From NCBI GenBank assembly GCA_951406725.2, contig OX597832.1, forward strand, positions 35,650,001-35,714,000: a DNA stretch of 64,000 bases, written 5' to 3'. The notes beneath the pieces are model-generated. The model had not been told where the DNA came from. It searched no databases and saw only the letters and a program-made list of their open reading frames with translations. Of this stretch, positions 38,721 through 49,789 are shown piece after piece. Origin of the DNA: Octopus vulgaris. Lineage: Eukaryota. A program made the translations under genes and the position numbers. Each line of letters begins with the position of its first letter. Within the stretch, counting starts at the first letter, position 1.

Positions 38721-41700
38721 CAAACTATCTATTCTCTATGCTAATGACAATGATGATGGTGGTGGTGGTGGTGGTGGTGGTGGTGGTGGTGGTGGTGGTG
38801 ATGGTGGCAAAGATAATGATGACAATGATGATTTAGACTAGAAAAGCTACCACAAAGCAGTGTAGCAGTGAATGTATGAAGCCTATTCATACAAAACACA
38901 GATGGAGCTACAGGAGAAAAATAGGCTGGAAAAAGAAGGAATAACAATAATGATAATAATAATGGTAAATGTTTTCTCAGTTTATCATTAGAGAAAAATG
39001 TTTCATAAAAGACAGCCATATCTAAGTGGAATAATACACCTTCTTCCCTGCAATTAGACATTTGCAATAGAAACCTTGAAATACTTTTCAAAACAATTGC
39101 ATATCGTTTCTGTTTAAATATCATTTTGTTTTCTGTGATAAGCGATCTTTAAGTGTCTTCATTTTTTTACCTTAGTGAATCTGAAGTAGAACCTTAATGG
39201 ATGTTTCTTAGTGCAAAGAGTACACACACACACATACCTGCCCGTGGACACACACACACACACAACCAGAAAAATATGCATTATTAAAATTTCAAAAGGA
39301 GCTCAAACAGCTAAAATATTACCGTGGCAACACAAAAACTACTTTTATTTTTTTTATATCAGTGAAGACAGGAGAACAGGAAAAATGGTGAAATTATCCT
39401 TCATTTAATGCTCAGTCACTCGAATAATATCCTGGCCTACTTTCCAATAATGACAAACCACTTTGGTGGGCAAATACTGAGACAATAAGAGACTAGTTAG
39501 CATTTTAATTCCATATTGCAAATTACCAATGTCCTTTAATTAAACGAAAATGAACTCAACAGAAGCTGACGTATCGCTGGCTTGCAGTAAATTGCTAATT
39601 GATGTTTCAACTTCTTATTTCTCTGGTCTTAAGTCTAATGCAAGGCAATACTTGTATCAGTATGTGTGTGTGTGTGCATGCGTATATGCATTGATGAATG
39701 TGAACATGCAAAACTCATACATACTTATGTGTGTGAATATGTGATGATACGCATGGGCCAATGTGCCTGCAAAGAGCTATGTATGTATGTACATGTTCAT
39801 GCTGCCTGGTGGTAGTATTTTCCTGTATATAGTTTAGTATTGAGAAGATTGCAGGCAGGTTTCCTCCTCATGTTCCCCCCTCTATAAAACTTGGACTATT
39901 TTCTCTGAGTTATCTTTGATTTGTCGCATCTTGAGGCTGTAGAAACTCATCTGAAAGAAGTTGACTGAAATGAAGATGAAAGACTATTGCTGTGTCAGAA
40001 AATAATTACTTTGAACATGGAATATGAAGTCTTTGTGTGTCGGTTCTCTCCATAATGGTCCTTTGGATAAGATGTTATTACCAAGAAAGGCAGTAGTAGA
40101 CAATCTCAGCTGTCATTCATAGACAAGAGTGCTTTCTAATAAAATTTATTCCTTACAGTAAAAGTTTCATTAATTCAAAAATCCTTTCATATTGCATCAA
40201 CAATATTTAAGATGTTACACATGTAGAGGCTTTACTAATAATATTTCAACTAACTTTGAACAAAATATTTTTAGTTCTTTGTGGTTTGAACTTAATTGTT
40301 AATCTTCAGAGAACCATTCTTTAATCCAGTAACAAAATAGATTTGATAGCCTTCATTATGGATTCTATGTTTGAGTCCTGCTTGTCAAAGTATGGGAACT
40401 GAAATGATAATGAATAATAGTACTTCTTATATATATAACTCAAATTTAACCACATTTAAGTGCAGGAAGAATTAGTATGGTGTAGTTTTGGTCTTGTCTT
40501 TGAAACATAAAGAACCAAAAATAACCAATTGGTAAATCAAGTTAATAAAGATATGCAATTAGCAGATTTCTCAGAATGCTTGCAGTTCCTTTACCTAAAA
40601 TATAATATATAAGAAAGGTTAAATAAAGTATTGATGCTTATAAAATATTCAGTTAGAGAGGATACAGAAGAAAGAAAGCCAGCCTCTGGTATAAAAACTC
40701 ATTTCTTTCAGGAATAAATTCCCATGTGATGATAGCTGTTTTGTGTTAGGAAGGCAGTTAGTATCACTTGAAAATAAAACAAAGAGCAATTAAAACTACG
40801 CACTAAGTTTTGGCTGACCTTAGTCTGTAGTAGAAGGGGCCATGCAGTGAGACTGAACCTGGAATCAAAAATTAACCATTCAGCCACGCCTGAAGTTATA
40901 TCTAATTTATGTCTTTAACATAAAGAATCAGTGTTGTTGGGTGAGTGTGCACCTACTCACACACAAACATTTTGTCACAATGGTTCTGTCTGAGTCTTAG
41001 AAAAACAATACTTTGGCAAATATTTGAAATGATTAATGGTGAGAATGAAAGACATCAGGTGTTGTTAGGTAACCTTGTTAATTGAGATGATTTTCTCTTA
41101 ATGTTAAATTTAATGAATTATAGTATCGAACAAAAGCATTTTGTTACTAAACTACTGCTTCTGACAAATAGTCATTGTCATCATCATCATCATAATCATT
41201 ATAATCAGATGTCAAGCACTAATTAATTAATGCTTAATTAATCATCATACACTCTTATTTATGGGGGATCAATATAGAAGATGGAATGAATTTCCAAAAT
41301 GTTAGTGATCCTTTTCTTTTATATCAGTTTCCAAAGATTGAGAACAGTGTTGACTCCGGCTGGATTTGAACTCAAAACGTAATTTTTGTGTAAAGATACA
41401 CCTTAAGAAATTTGTTTTGTTTCATTCCACATCTGTTCAAACAACATAAATTACATAATATAGTGTACAATAAACCACAAAGACTTGTCTACTACATAGT
41501 CACATGCTATAAAAGTTACTTAGTATGTCGTCTGTTATATAGTTAGACAAAAATGTCCAACAGTATTTCTATGACTGCTAGTGTTGCCTGTGACTTATAA
41601 TGTTGTCATAGAAGTTACTTGTTTCCAGTACAGTTACATAATATAGTTTAACATATAGGTTACATAGTGTTGACCACAACATACAACATTGTCTAATATA

Positions 41701-42127
41701 GTTTTGCTTATGACACACAGTGTTGTCATTCTAGTTATGTTTGGCTGTCTACAATTTATAGAACCCCCCCACACACTTTATAGAACTTTCCAAAATGTTA
41801 AAAATATAAATACTGCTGGAACCGATTTTGTCTTAATTACAAAGTGTTTTCTACTTCAATGGACCTTGCTCCTGAATGTTGTCTGGTGTCATCCCTAAAG
41901 TGTTTTCCTATCCTAAGCTCTTCCCCAGCCACTTTGTCGAGTCTTCCCTCTGACATCAGTTCCCTCCCTGCTTCTGTCTTTCTCTCTGACATTGACCTTC
42001 ATGTGTCCAATAAAGTCAACCACGTTGATCTTACTAGTTTGTGGGTGTCCAGACAACTTCTTCCTCCAGATCTCGTCAGTTCCATGGGATTTATATCAGG
42101 CCATAGATATAGCCCTTTCCTCGAGAC

Positions 42128-42355
42128 CAGGGCTTCTCAAACAGGGTCCATATAAGATTTTGCTATTAAAATTGCTTATAATGCTACAAAACACAAAATA
42201 TTTTAACAATTTTTTTTTAATACAATTCCCTAATAATATCTAATCCTAAAAATATAATATGACTTTTTTTAAACCATTGAATGGCTCTGAGGGTCAATCC
42301 AAGTAAGATAGGGATCAAAGGGATGTACAAGTACAAAAGTTGCTGAGAAGCACCG
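42128..42355 (+). mobile_element. hAT-Charlie-like MITE
   Basis: Imperfect TIRs CAGGGCTTCTCAAAC / GCTGAGAAGCACCG; flanks CTCGAGAC and TTCTAGAT resemble a decayed NTCTAGAN TSD. Confidence 0.55.
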
Positions 42356-43214
42356 TTCTAGATGAAGCAAGTCGAAATTAAAATCAAAAACTCCAGAAAA
42401 GAAAATACATTGTGAAAACTTCTTTTTGAAAAGGAATTAGTTTAATAAATAAATCCAATCATTGCCATTTGGACAATTCTAAGACTGAAAACTGAAGAAC
42501 GTTGAAATATCAGCCAATGATTTACTTGAAGAGTGAAGTAACAGAGTTTAATTCAATTCGTATGACTTCTCAGTTAATTACTTTTGGTTAATGAACCCAA
42601 GTAAACAATGACTGCCTTGAAATAGCTTCCAACATTGTTTGTATGAATCGCAATGAGATTAGTTGATTAGCAACCCATTTCGTTTTTTACCCTAGGAATC
42701 AATTAAAATGAGGAGAGCACATACATCACTTCATTAAAGCTTCCCAAATATAACTGTGAACTCTCAAAGAAAAATTCCCCCGAGGATGGTATTCATTTGT
42801 ACTATTATGATAAAAGAGATTAAAAAGATAGCAACAAATGGTTACTATTATTATTGCAAGATGTGACTTTGTGTCAATACTGGAAATAACTATTATTACA
42901 ACTATTAATATTATCAATATCACTTTTCATTTTATTCCTCATAATTATTATTATTATTATTAGTATTATTATTTTTATTGTTATTATTGTTATTATTATT
43001 TTCCTTATCATCTTTCAATTTTCTTTCTATTTCTTTCTAAGTGTCTTCCTAACACCTAGGACAGAGGAATGCACTGTATACATTGGTAGGCCATTAAAAT
43101 AAACACACCAAGTTGTCCATTTATAAAATCATGTGATAGAGAAAAAGGGGAAGAAAGACAGAGAAAAAATAAAAAAATAAACAAAGAAAATGAAGGGGAA
43201 AAGGGAAAGAAAAT

Positions 43215-43572
43215 TCACAGTGACAATGCTCTTCTCAGTACTTGTGACCAGTGAAGACAATCTTTTGCACTTCCTGCATGGTTGGTAAGCCAGGGATCAT
43301 TCTGAAATAATTTCAAGTGCTCCTACAATCACTGGTATTGTAATTGTCTTGAGATGCCACATCTTTTCAATTTCAATTAGCAAATCTTTATATTTTCTGA
43401 GCTTTTCAAATTCTTTTGCCAGGATATTATGGTCCCAGGGTATGCTCCTCATGTCAATCAATAAGCGGACTTTATAGTTTTAGTCTTTCACAACAATATC
43501 TGGTTTGTTTGCTTTGATGGTCTGATCTGTACATACTTGGAAGTCCCCAAAAATAGTTACATTTTCTCCATT
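43215..43572 (-). mobile_element. Dong/R4-clade non-LTR element, restriction-like endonuclease C-terminus
   Basis: VTIFGDFQVCTDQTIKANKPDIVVKD*..LLIDM..PWDHNILAKEFEKLRKYKDLLIEIEKMWHLKTITIPVIVGALE...QEVQKIV...VLRRALSL* (PD..D..EK..KY motif). Confidence 0.85.
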
Positions 43573-43574
43573 TC

Positions 43575-43689
43575 AGTTGAGCACTGGGATCATTGTAATT
43601 GATTAGCCTCCTCCCACTAAATTTCAAATTCCCACTAAATAGCAAAAGGGATCATCATCATCGTCATTATTATTATTATTATTATTATT
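43575..43689 (+). mobile_element. Family B SINE 3' end with (ATC)n/(ATT)n tail
   Basis: CAGTTGAGCACTGGGATCATTGTAATTGATTAG...AAATTTCA...AGGGATCATCATC..ATTATTATT. Confidence 0.65.
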
Positions 43690-44520
43690 TTTATGTAAGG
43701 TGCCACACAGTATTCAATATTGCGATGCTGTAGATTGAAGATATTGGGAATTTGTAGTCTGTAAGTCACATTAAGAACCACAGACCGACAGCAATTGACA
43801 CAGTATACATGTAGTTCCAAGGAAAGCCAATTTTTGCAATGCACCAAGATTGTAGGGTGTTTCTAAAGTGTTCAGATGTTTTCCCAGGTTCAGATATATT
43901 CCTAAAGGGACCAGATGTTTCCTCTGAACCCAGAGCTCTAATGACAATAGGGACAACCTTTATGTTTGACTCGTGCAGTTGCCACACCTTGGCAAGCTCA
44001 GTCTTCAGTTCACCATATTTGTCAACCTTTACTCTTTCTTTCATGATAATATGTTGATCTGGCCACATCGATTATTAAGCACTCCTGCTTGTCCTTCTTA
44101 AAGGCTACATTATGGTCTTCAGTGCTCCCAACACCTTGTTTGTCTGAAAGTTAAATTCCCAGAGGATCTTTGCCTTTCCATTTTCGTCCATTACCTTTTC
44201 CAGTGGATGTTGGCCTCAAACACTCGTTACCTAATATCCATACTTCTAGCATAGTAACCAGTGATGGTTTTGGGCTGCCACCTGGTGTCTGCACTTGTAC
44301 TGAGTCACACTTTTGATCTTCTTCCCACACATCCAACAGAGGTTTGTTGTACTTGTGAGGCATTTATCCCTTTGCACTGAGTTGATATTCAATGCCTGGT
44401 CCTGGACAGTGAGGATTAAGCTTTCAGTTGTTTCTTTAAGGTCCCCTTTGCTGAGCCACCCCCAAGATGCTTCCTAGTCTTATAAGTTGTTAGTTTCATG
44501 GTGGAACTGATCGTGTGGAG
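43690..44520 (-). mobile_element. Second Dong/R4-clade fragment (RT end, Zn knuckle, endonuclease, 3' UTR)
   Basis: SWGWLSKGDLKETTESLILTVQDQAL, CWMCGKKIKSVT, CLIIDVA, DQHIIMKERVKVDKYGELKTELAKVW..IKVVPIVIRALG, LQKLAFLGTTCIL; the 3' end abuts (TAA)n. Confidence 0.85.
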
Positions 44521-44789
44521 TAGAGCTTTTTCTCTCTCATTGGCTATTTGTATTTGGAATTCATTAGCACTCTCAACTCCACTAGTAAAAATTTAATGGC
44601 AAAGAAAATATCATGAATAATTAAATAAGTACTTTAGAAGACAACAACAACAGTAGCAATTACACACTTCCAAATACTATGGTCCATTCACATAGAAACT
44701 ACGTGAAAAAAAAAATTTCCTTGACACTAATGAACAGACAGAATTTTTGGACCTATCACAGTTACAAGAAAAGAATTTTGTAAATACCA

Positions 44790-44887
44790 ATAGCATTGGG
44801 GTCAATGTAATAAACTAGTACCCTCCACTGCCAAAATTTCAGGTTTTGTGCCTTTAGTAGAAAGGATTATTATTATTATTATTATTT
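44790..44887 (+). mobile_element. Family B SINE 3' end with (ATT)n tail
   Basis: GGGGTCAATGTAAT...AAAATTTCAGGTTTTGTGCCTTTAGTAGAAAGGATTATTATT. Confidence 0.7.
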
Positions 44888-44978
44888 TACTTATCAGAAC
44901 TTACTTGCTGTGGTTGATTTTGTGAGAGTGGACAGCAACCAGTTGTCAGAGGCCTCACAGGGTCTCTTTCCACAAATT
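44888..44978 (-). mobile_element. Dong-like 3' UTR-only insertion
   Basis: Minus strand TGTGGAAAGAGACCCTGTGAGGCCTCTGACAACTGGTTGCTGTCC aligns with 58236-58285, the 3' UTR following a Dong C-terminus. Confidence 0.7.
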
Positions 44979-45377
44979 TGTTGTTGTTGTTATTAGTAGC
45001 AGTAGCAATATAAACACTTCTGCTATTATTATTCTAATGCTTCATTGATACATTGCACATCAGTAATGTATTGAGTTCAATATATTTTGAATAAATGATA
45101 AGTTACTTCAGTAAGGAAGATATTGTTATGTTATTTAAAACCTGTGGCTTTCACAGATAAATAATTAAAAGGAAATATTAAAATGGTTTCCTGTTACCAT
45201 TTCTACATTAAAATAACATCTAGATTTTTTAGGTGTGAGAATGAAAAATTATGCATCCCCCCATCCCCTTTTAAAGAACATTGGTGACAAAAGGGAAAAT
45301 TAAATAACAACTACCTGGAAGCAAAACTTGGTCATTGGCTTAATGTGGTCCTTGAATCAGATCAAAAGCTTAATTTG

Positions 45378-45592
45378 TAAATCATGATGTGGACTTGTTA
45401 CTAAATCAGGTGATGTGCTCAGTATAGAACCAAAATCAGGTGACATGTTCACTATGGGAGCAAACTCATGTGACATGCTCAGTAGATACGTTTGTTGCTA
45501 AATGAATATCATGTGACTTGTTCACTGAAGAGCAAATTCTCAGTGGAAAACCAAAATCATGTGACATGTTCAATGTGTAACCGAAATCAGGC
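45378..45592 (+). repeat. Degenerate ~30-bp minisatellite with E-box cores
   Basis: Units like AAAATCA(G/T)GTGACATG(T/C)TCA(G/C)T.....A(A/G)C, about 6-7 copies. Confidence 0.75.
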
Positions 45593-46764
45593 AGAATGCT
45601 GGGTTGAAAGATACTCGACAGTATTTAGACTCTATAAAAAAACTTATGACAAGTATTTCCATGATTGTTTTCTGAAATAGTATCAAAAGCTTAAATAATT
45701 AAAGAAATTAGTTTTCTCATTAAAGAGAAAGAATTTGATATAATGTAATCAATAAAAACAATAGGGACATATATAGAGATGCAGAATTTTTGACTGACTG
45801 AAAGAAGAAAGCTCAGTTTGATGTACACTTGTATAGTCAAGTACTGAAGATGATGATGATGGTTTGCATGCATGGTTGCCATGGGAAAATAAAGTGAAGT
45901 AAAAAGTAGAAAAATAAATATGATTATGAAAAAGGTTTAAGAATTAGGATTTCATAAGAAATAAAAATTATAGCATCCACATGTCAGAATTGAGATGATA
46001 TATAGCAGGAAAATATGAGTGATAAAATCAGAAAGGCAGAAGCGATTGGAGATAAAATGGTAACTGAATGTATATTTAAACATGAAAGATGAGTTAAGAA
46101 AAAGTAAAGGGAAAAAGCAGCGGAGACATCCATTGAAGATAAAGAGCAGCAGTGAAATGGAGGGGGGGGGGGCAAGGCTGATAACAAGAAATTTGTTCCA
46201 AGTTTACTTTGGAATAGTCAGTTATATTGGATATTAGTTAGGGTCATAGAGAGATTATGTAGGATCAAGGCATTAAGCCAGGCTAGAAGAGTTGATATTC
46301 AACTGACAACATCATGTTACTGAAAACTTGGTTTTTGAATTTGGTTTTCCAGCTTTTGAGGGAAACATCTGTTAATTTTCAGCCAGCATCTTTCTTTTGC
46401 TCAATGGGTAAAAACATTTGTTTAAAATACCAGAATATAAAGAAGACCACAAATTAATTGATATGGAAAATATTCTCATGTAACTAACACATTAACAAAT
46501 ATGCTGATCTTTGGATATAACATGTAACAATACTCCATTTAAATCATGTGGTATAACATGTAAAAAATAGTGTATGTAGTACAACATATAACGTATTGAA
46601 ATCATGGAATGCAACATTTAAAAATACTCAGTTTAACATGGACATGAAGGTGTATATGTTGTTGTTGCTGTTGTTGTTGTTTAACCTTGATCCACCTGAC
46701 TTCACACTGAAAAGTCACTAATTTCAGATGAGAGTACAGGTGCGAGTACAGGTGCAAGAAAATT

Positions 46765-46990
46765 CATCATTTAACGGCTGTTGACCATGGATTGGATGGT
46801 TTGATTTGGCAATGGTTTTTATGGCTGGATGCCCTTCCGAATGCCAACCCCTTTACAAAGTGTGCTGGGTGCTTTTATGTGTGGTGCTGCATAAACACTT
46901 TTACATGGTACTGCACAGGTGTTCTTGCATGGCCCCACATGGGTGCTTTTAAATGGCACCACATGGGCACTTTTAAATGGCACTGCTTTT
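46765..46990 (-). mobile_element. RTE 3'-tail copy, diverged
   Basis: GCTGGATGCCCTTCCGAATGCCAACC plus GGGTGCTTTTA..TGGCAC subrepeats. Confidence 0.7.
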
Positions 46991-48419
46991 ATTATTTTAA
47001 AGTATGGTTTCTTTTTGGACAGAACTATATACCTAATGATATATTGTCTTGTTTTACTTTTTTGAGATACTAGGATGTGATTTGGGGGATATTTTGGCAG
47101 CTGTATCAAGCAAGGTGAATGACCACATATAGGTTTCTTTGTTGACTCATGGATACTTACTGGAAGACTGTAGGTTTGGTAGCTGCCAACCTAGATTCTT
47201 AGATGACTGATGTCAGGTTATTATAGTCAACGACTGTGTCTTAGAAACTGATGTTATGACATTTACATACTAGATTATGTATATTGTGTAGAGGTGCAGA
47301 AGGGTTAAACTGTCTTGGAGACAGGTCAGATCACTGTGGTACACCTATTGACAAACTAGATTGAAGATGTGTTGCTATTGTATAAGTACAGAAACTAGAC
47401 AATGTGAGAAACTGTTCAGTGTTTTGTCTTCTGCAAGTGGGGAGCATAGAAAAGCTCTTGCAACACTGATGGTAGTTACATGTAGAATACTTAAATATCT
47501 AATGTGGCTGTTTGATCTTGAGACAAGTAAAAATTCAAGCGGTCATGGCCAACCAATTTGTCATCATACTTACAAATAAAAAAAGTTCTTTATAATTTTA
47601 TAAATAGCGAATGTTTTGGATTCAAAACGACCATGGAATGATAATTCTTGTCAAGCCGTCCAACCCATGCTAACATGGAAAATGGCATTGATGGTTATGA
47701 TGATGATGATGATGATCCTAAGTATGTTTCCATGTTCACAATTGTCAGAGGTCACCCAAGTTGATTACAAATAAAAATCAACTTCAATTAATAATCAATG
47801 GTGTTTAGTAGTTCACAGAAAAGCTAGACAAAGGATGTATTTCGTTTGATTAAACCCAGCAAAATGTAAACAAAAGCCATTTCATGAGCCAACAAACCTG
47901 ACAGCAAGTCATAAAACCATACAGAATTGTCTTTCATATTGCTGTTTATTTCCGCAGGTTTCTTTTCTTGACCAAGAAGTAACTGTAGACATTAACAAAT
48001 GCTTAGTTGTACAACCAGAAAATAAATCATTGATTTGTTTCATATTTTCTCGATTTTATCAAATTCAATATCTCATGAGAAATGATATCATAAATACACT
48101 CAACAACTCCCTACAAACTTTATTTCTACACCAACAACAGCTTGCAATTCACAACATCATTTTTCTAAACTAATTAAAAAACAGCCCCTTATTCACCCTA
48201 CAAAGAAATACTATAAAGGGTTTTTAGAAAAGCATATTGCCTGAATTTCACTACATCAAGGACTAACGATAAATACGACTAAATGTTATTCATACAAAAC
48301 ATTGAAAATACCCTCAAACCAAGATAAAAGATAAAATACTAAACACACACACACACTATAAATATAACCAGCATTATTATTTACATTAGATGGATATTTG
48401 TCCTCATCTTGTTTGTTGT

Positions 48420-48465
48420 TAACAATGTTTCGGCTGATATACCCTCCAGCCTTCATCGGGTGTCT
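48420..48465 (-). ncRNA. Minimal hammerhead in the PLE 3' pseudo-LTR
   Basis: GACAC-CCGATGA-A-GGCTG-gagggtatat-CAGCC-GAAA-CATT-GTT; same motif as 30758 and 31118 with different lesions. Confidence 0.75.
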
Positions 48466-48579
48466 TGGGGAAATTTCGAATATTATTATTATTATTATTA
48501 TTATTCAAGTCACTCCCTGGAATCGAACTCGGAATCTTAGGGTTAATAGCCCATGCTCTTATGGAGTGAATTTTAGGGC

Positions 48580-49668
48580 TTATAAATCTAATATTTTCCT
48601 GTCTTTCCTTAATACCAGTTCCCATATGCTGCTCATATCTGCACTCGGTCTGCTTAGGAGGTTGTTGTATCCTAGCATATGTGCTGCTTCTTTTAGTTTT
48701 CGTATTTTCCAGTGGTGTTCTCTGTCTATTATTTTAACTTCATCCCAAAGGGGGAGGTGGTCTCCATTTTCCCATACATGATCAGCTATACCCGATTTAT
48801 CAATATCTCCTCGTGTCACAGATTTGCGCTGTTTGTCTACCCATATTTTGAGGGGGCGGCATGTTTTGCCTTTGTATAACCTAGCACAGCTGCATGGGAT
48901 GGAGTACATGCAGTCTTTGGTCATATTCTCTTCTATTGCTGGTTTTACTTGAAGGAGACATTTGCAAAGTGTTGTATTACTCTTGAATACTGTCCTGATG
49001 TCATATGGGCTGCATAACTTTTGTATCTTTTTGGAGAGGCCTTTCACATAAGGTAGACAGACTGTGAACAGTTTATTGGTTTCACCCTCTTTTTTCTTCA
49101 TAATTGGAGTGAAGAGTATGTTTTTGGGGTAGTTGTTGCTTAATAGATTGTTACTGAGCTTGATCATTTCTTCGTGGTGGGTATCACTATCGCTACTTAT
49201 ATTCATTGCTCAATGTTTTAGGCACTGGGCAATCCCTCTCTTTACACTGTATGGATGGTTGGAGTTGAAGTTGTGGTATCGTCCAGTGAAGGTCAGCTTG
49301 TGGTATACGGATGTCCTGAATCCATACTTGGTGCATGTTATTAATACATCCAGGAATGCTAGCTGGTTGTCACTTTCCTTTTCCATTGTGAACTGTATGG
49401 ATGGCTTTATCGAGTTCACATGATCTAACAGCACTTGGACATCTTCCTGGTGAGGCCAGAGTATAAAGGTGTCATCAACATATCGCAGCCACAGGGTTGG
49501 TTTTAGTGGTGTTGAGCCTAAAGCCAAATTCTCAAAGTATTCCATGTATATATTGACTATTATCAGTGATAATGGCGAACCCATAACTAAACCCTCTTTC
49601 TGTCGATATATATCAGTACCTGCTCTGAAGTAGGTAGTTTTTATACAGAAGGTCAACATTTCCATCAA
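48580..49668 (-). pseudogene. PLE RT (C-terminal half) - GIY-YIG endonuclease, one in-frame stop
   Basis: YRQKEGLVMGSPLS, WLRYVDDTF, FTMEKE..LAFLDVLI, SNHP; then CMYSIPCSCARLYKGKTCRPLKIW and IADHVWENGDH...RKLKEA. ORFs 49210-49668 and 48580-49206 are in frame across TGA (CLKH*AM, likely CGA->TGA); the expected catalytic Arg reads Trp. Confidence 0.92.
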
Positions 49669-49789
49669 ACCAAAACGTTGTTAACACAACAAACAAGATG
49701 AGGACAAATATCTGTCAGTTGTAAATAACGTAAATAATGTACATAATTCCTCATCTCTTAAATATAGAACTGTATTATATGTTTACCTC

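Larger units (their letters stand above)
48373..49773 (-). mobile_element. 5'-truncated Penelope-like retroelement with 3' pseudo-LTR and an inverted partial pseudo-LTR at the 5' junction
   Basis: RT + GIY-YIG reading frame 49668->48580. 48373-48425 and 49670-49773 are inverted copies of the same tail, the typical PLE tail-to-tail arrangement. Confidence 0.95.

Noticed and set aside
43040-43095. Possible hammerhead remnant CCTAACACC...GGAATGCACTGTATACATTGGTAGG
   Set aside because: No CUGANGA box and no stem II; cannot be supported.
48580-49668. Programmed stop-codon readthrough in the PLE ORF
   Set aside because: TGA sits at an expected Arg codon (CpG decay); the copy is 5'-truncated and has other catalytic substitutions.
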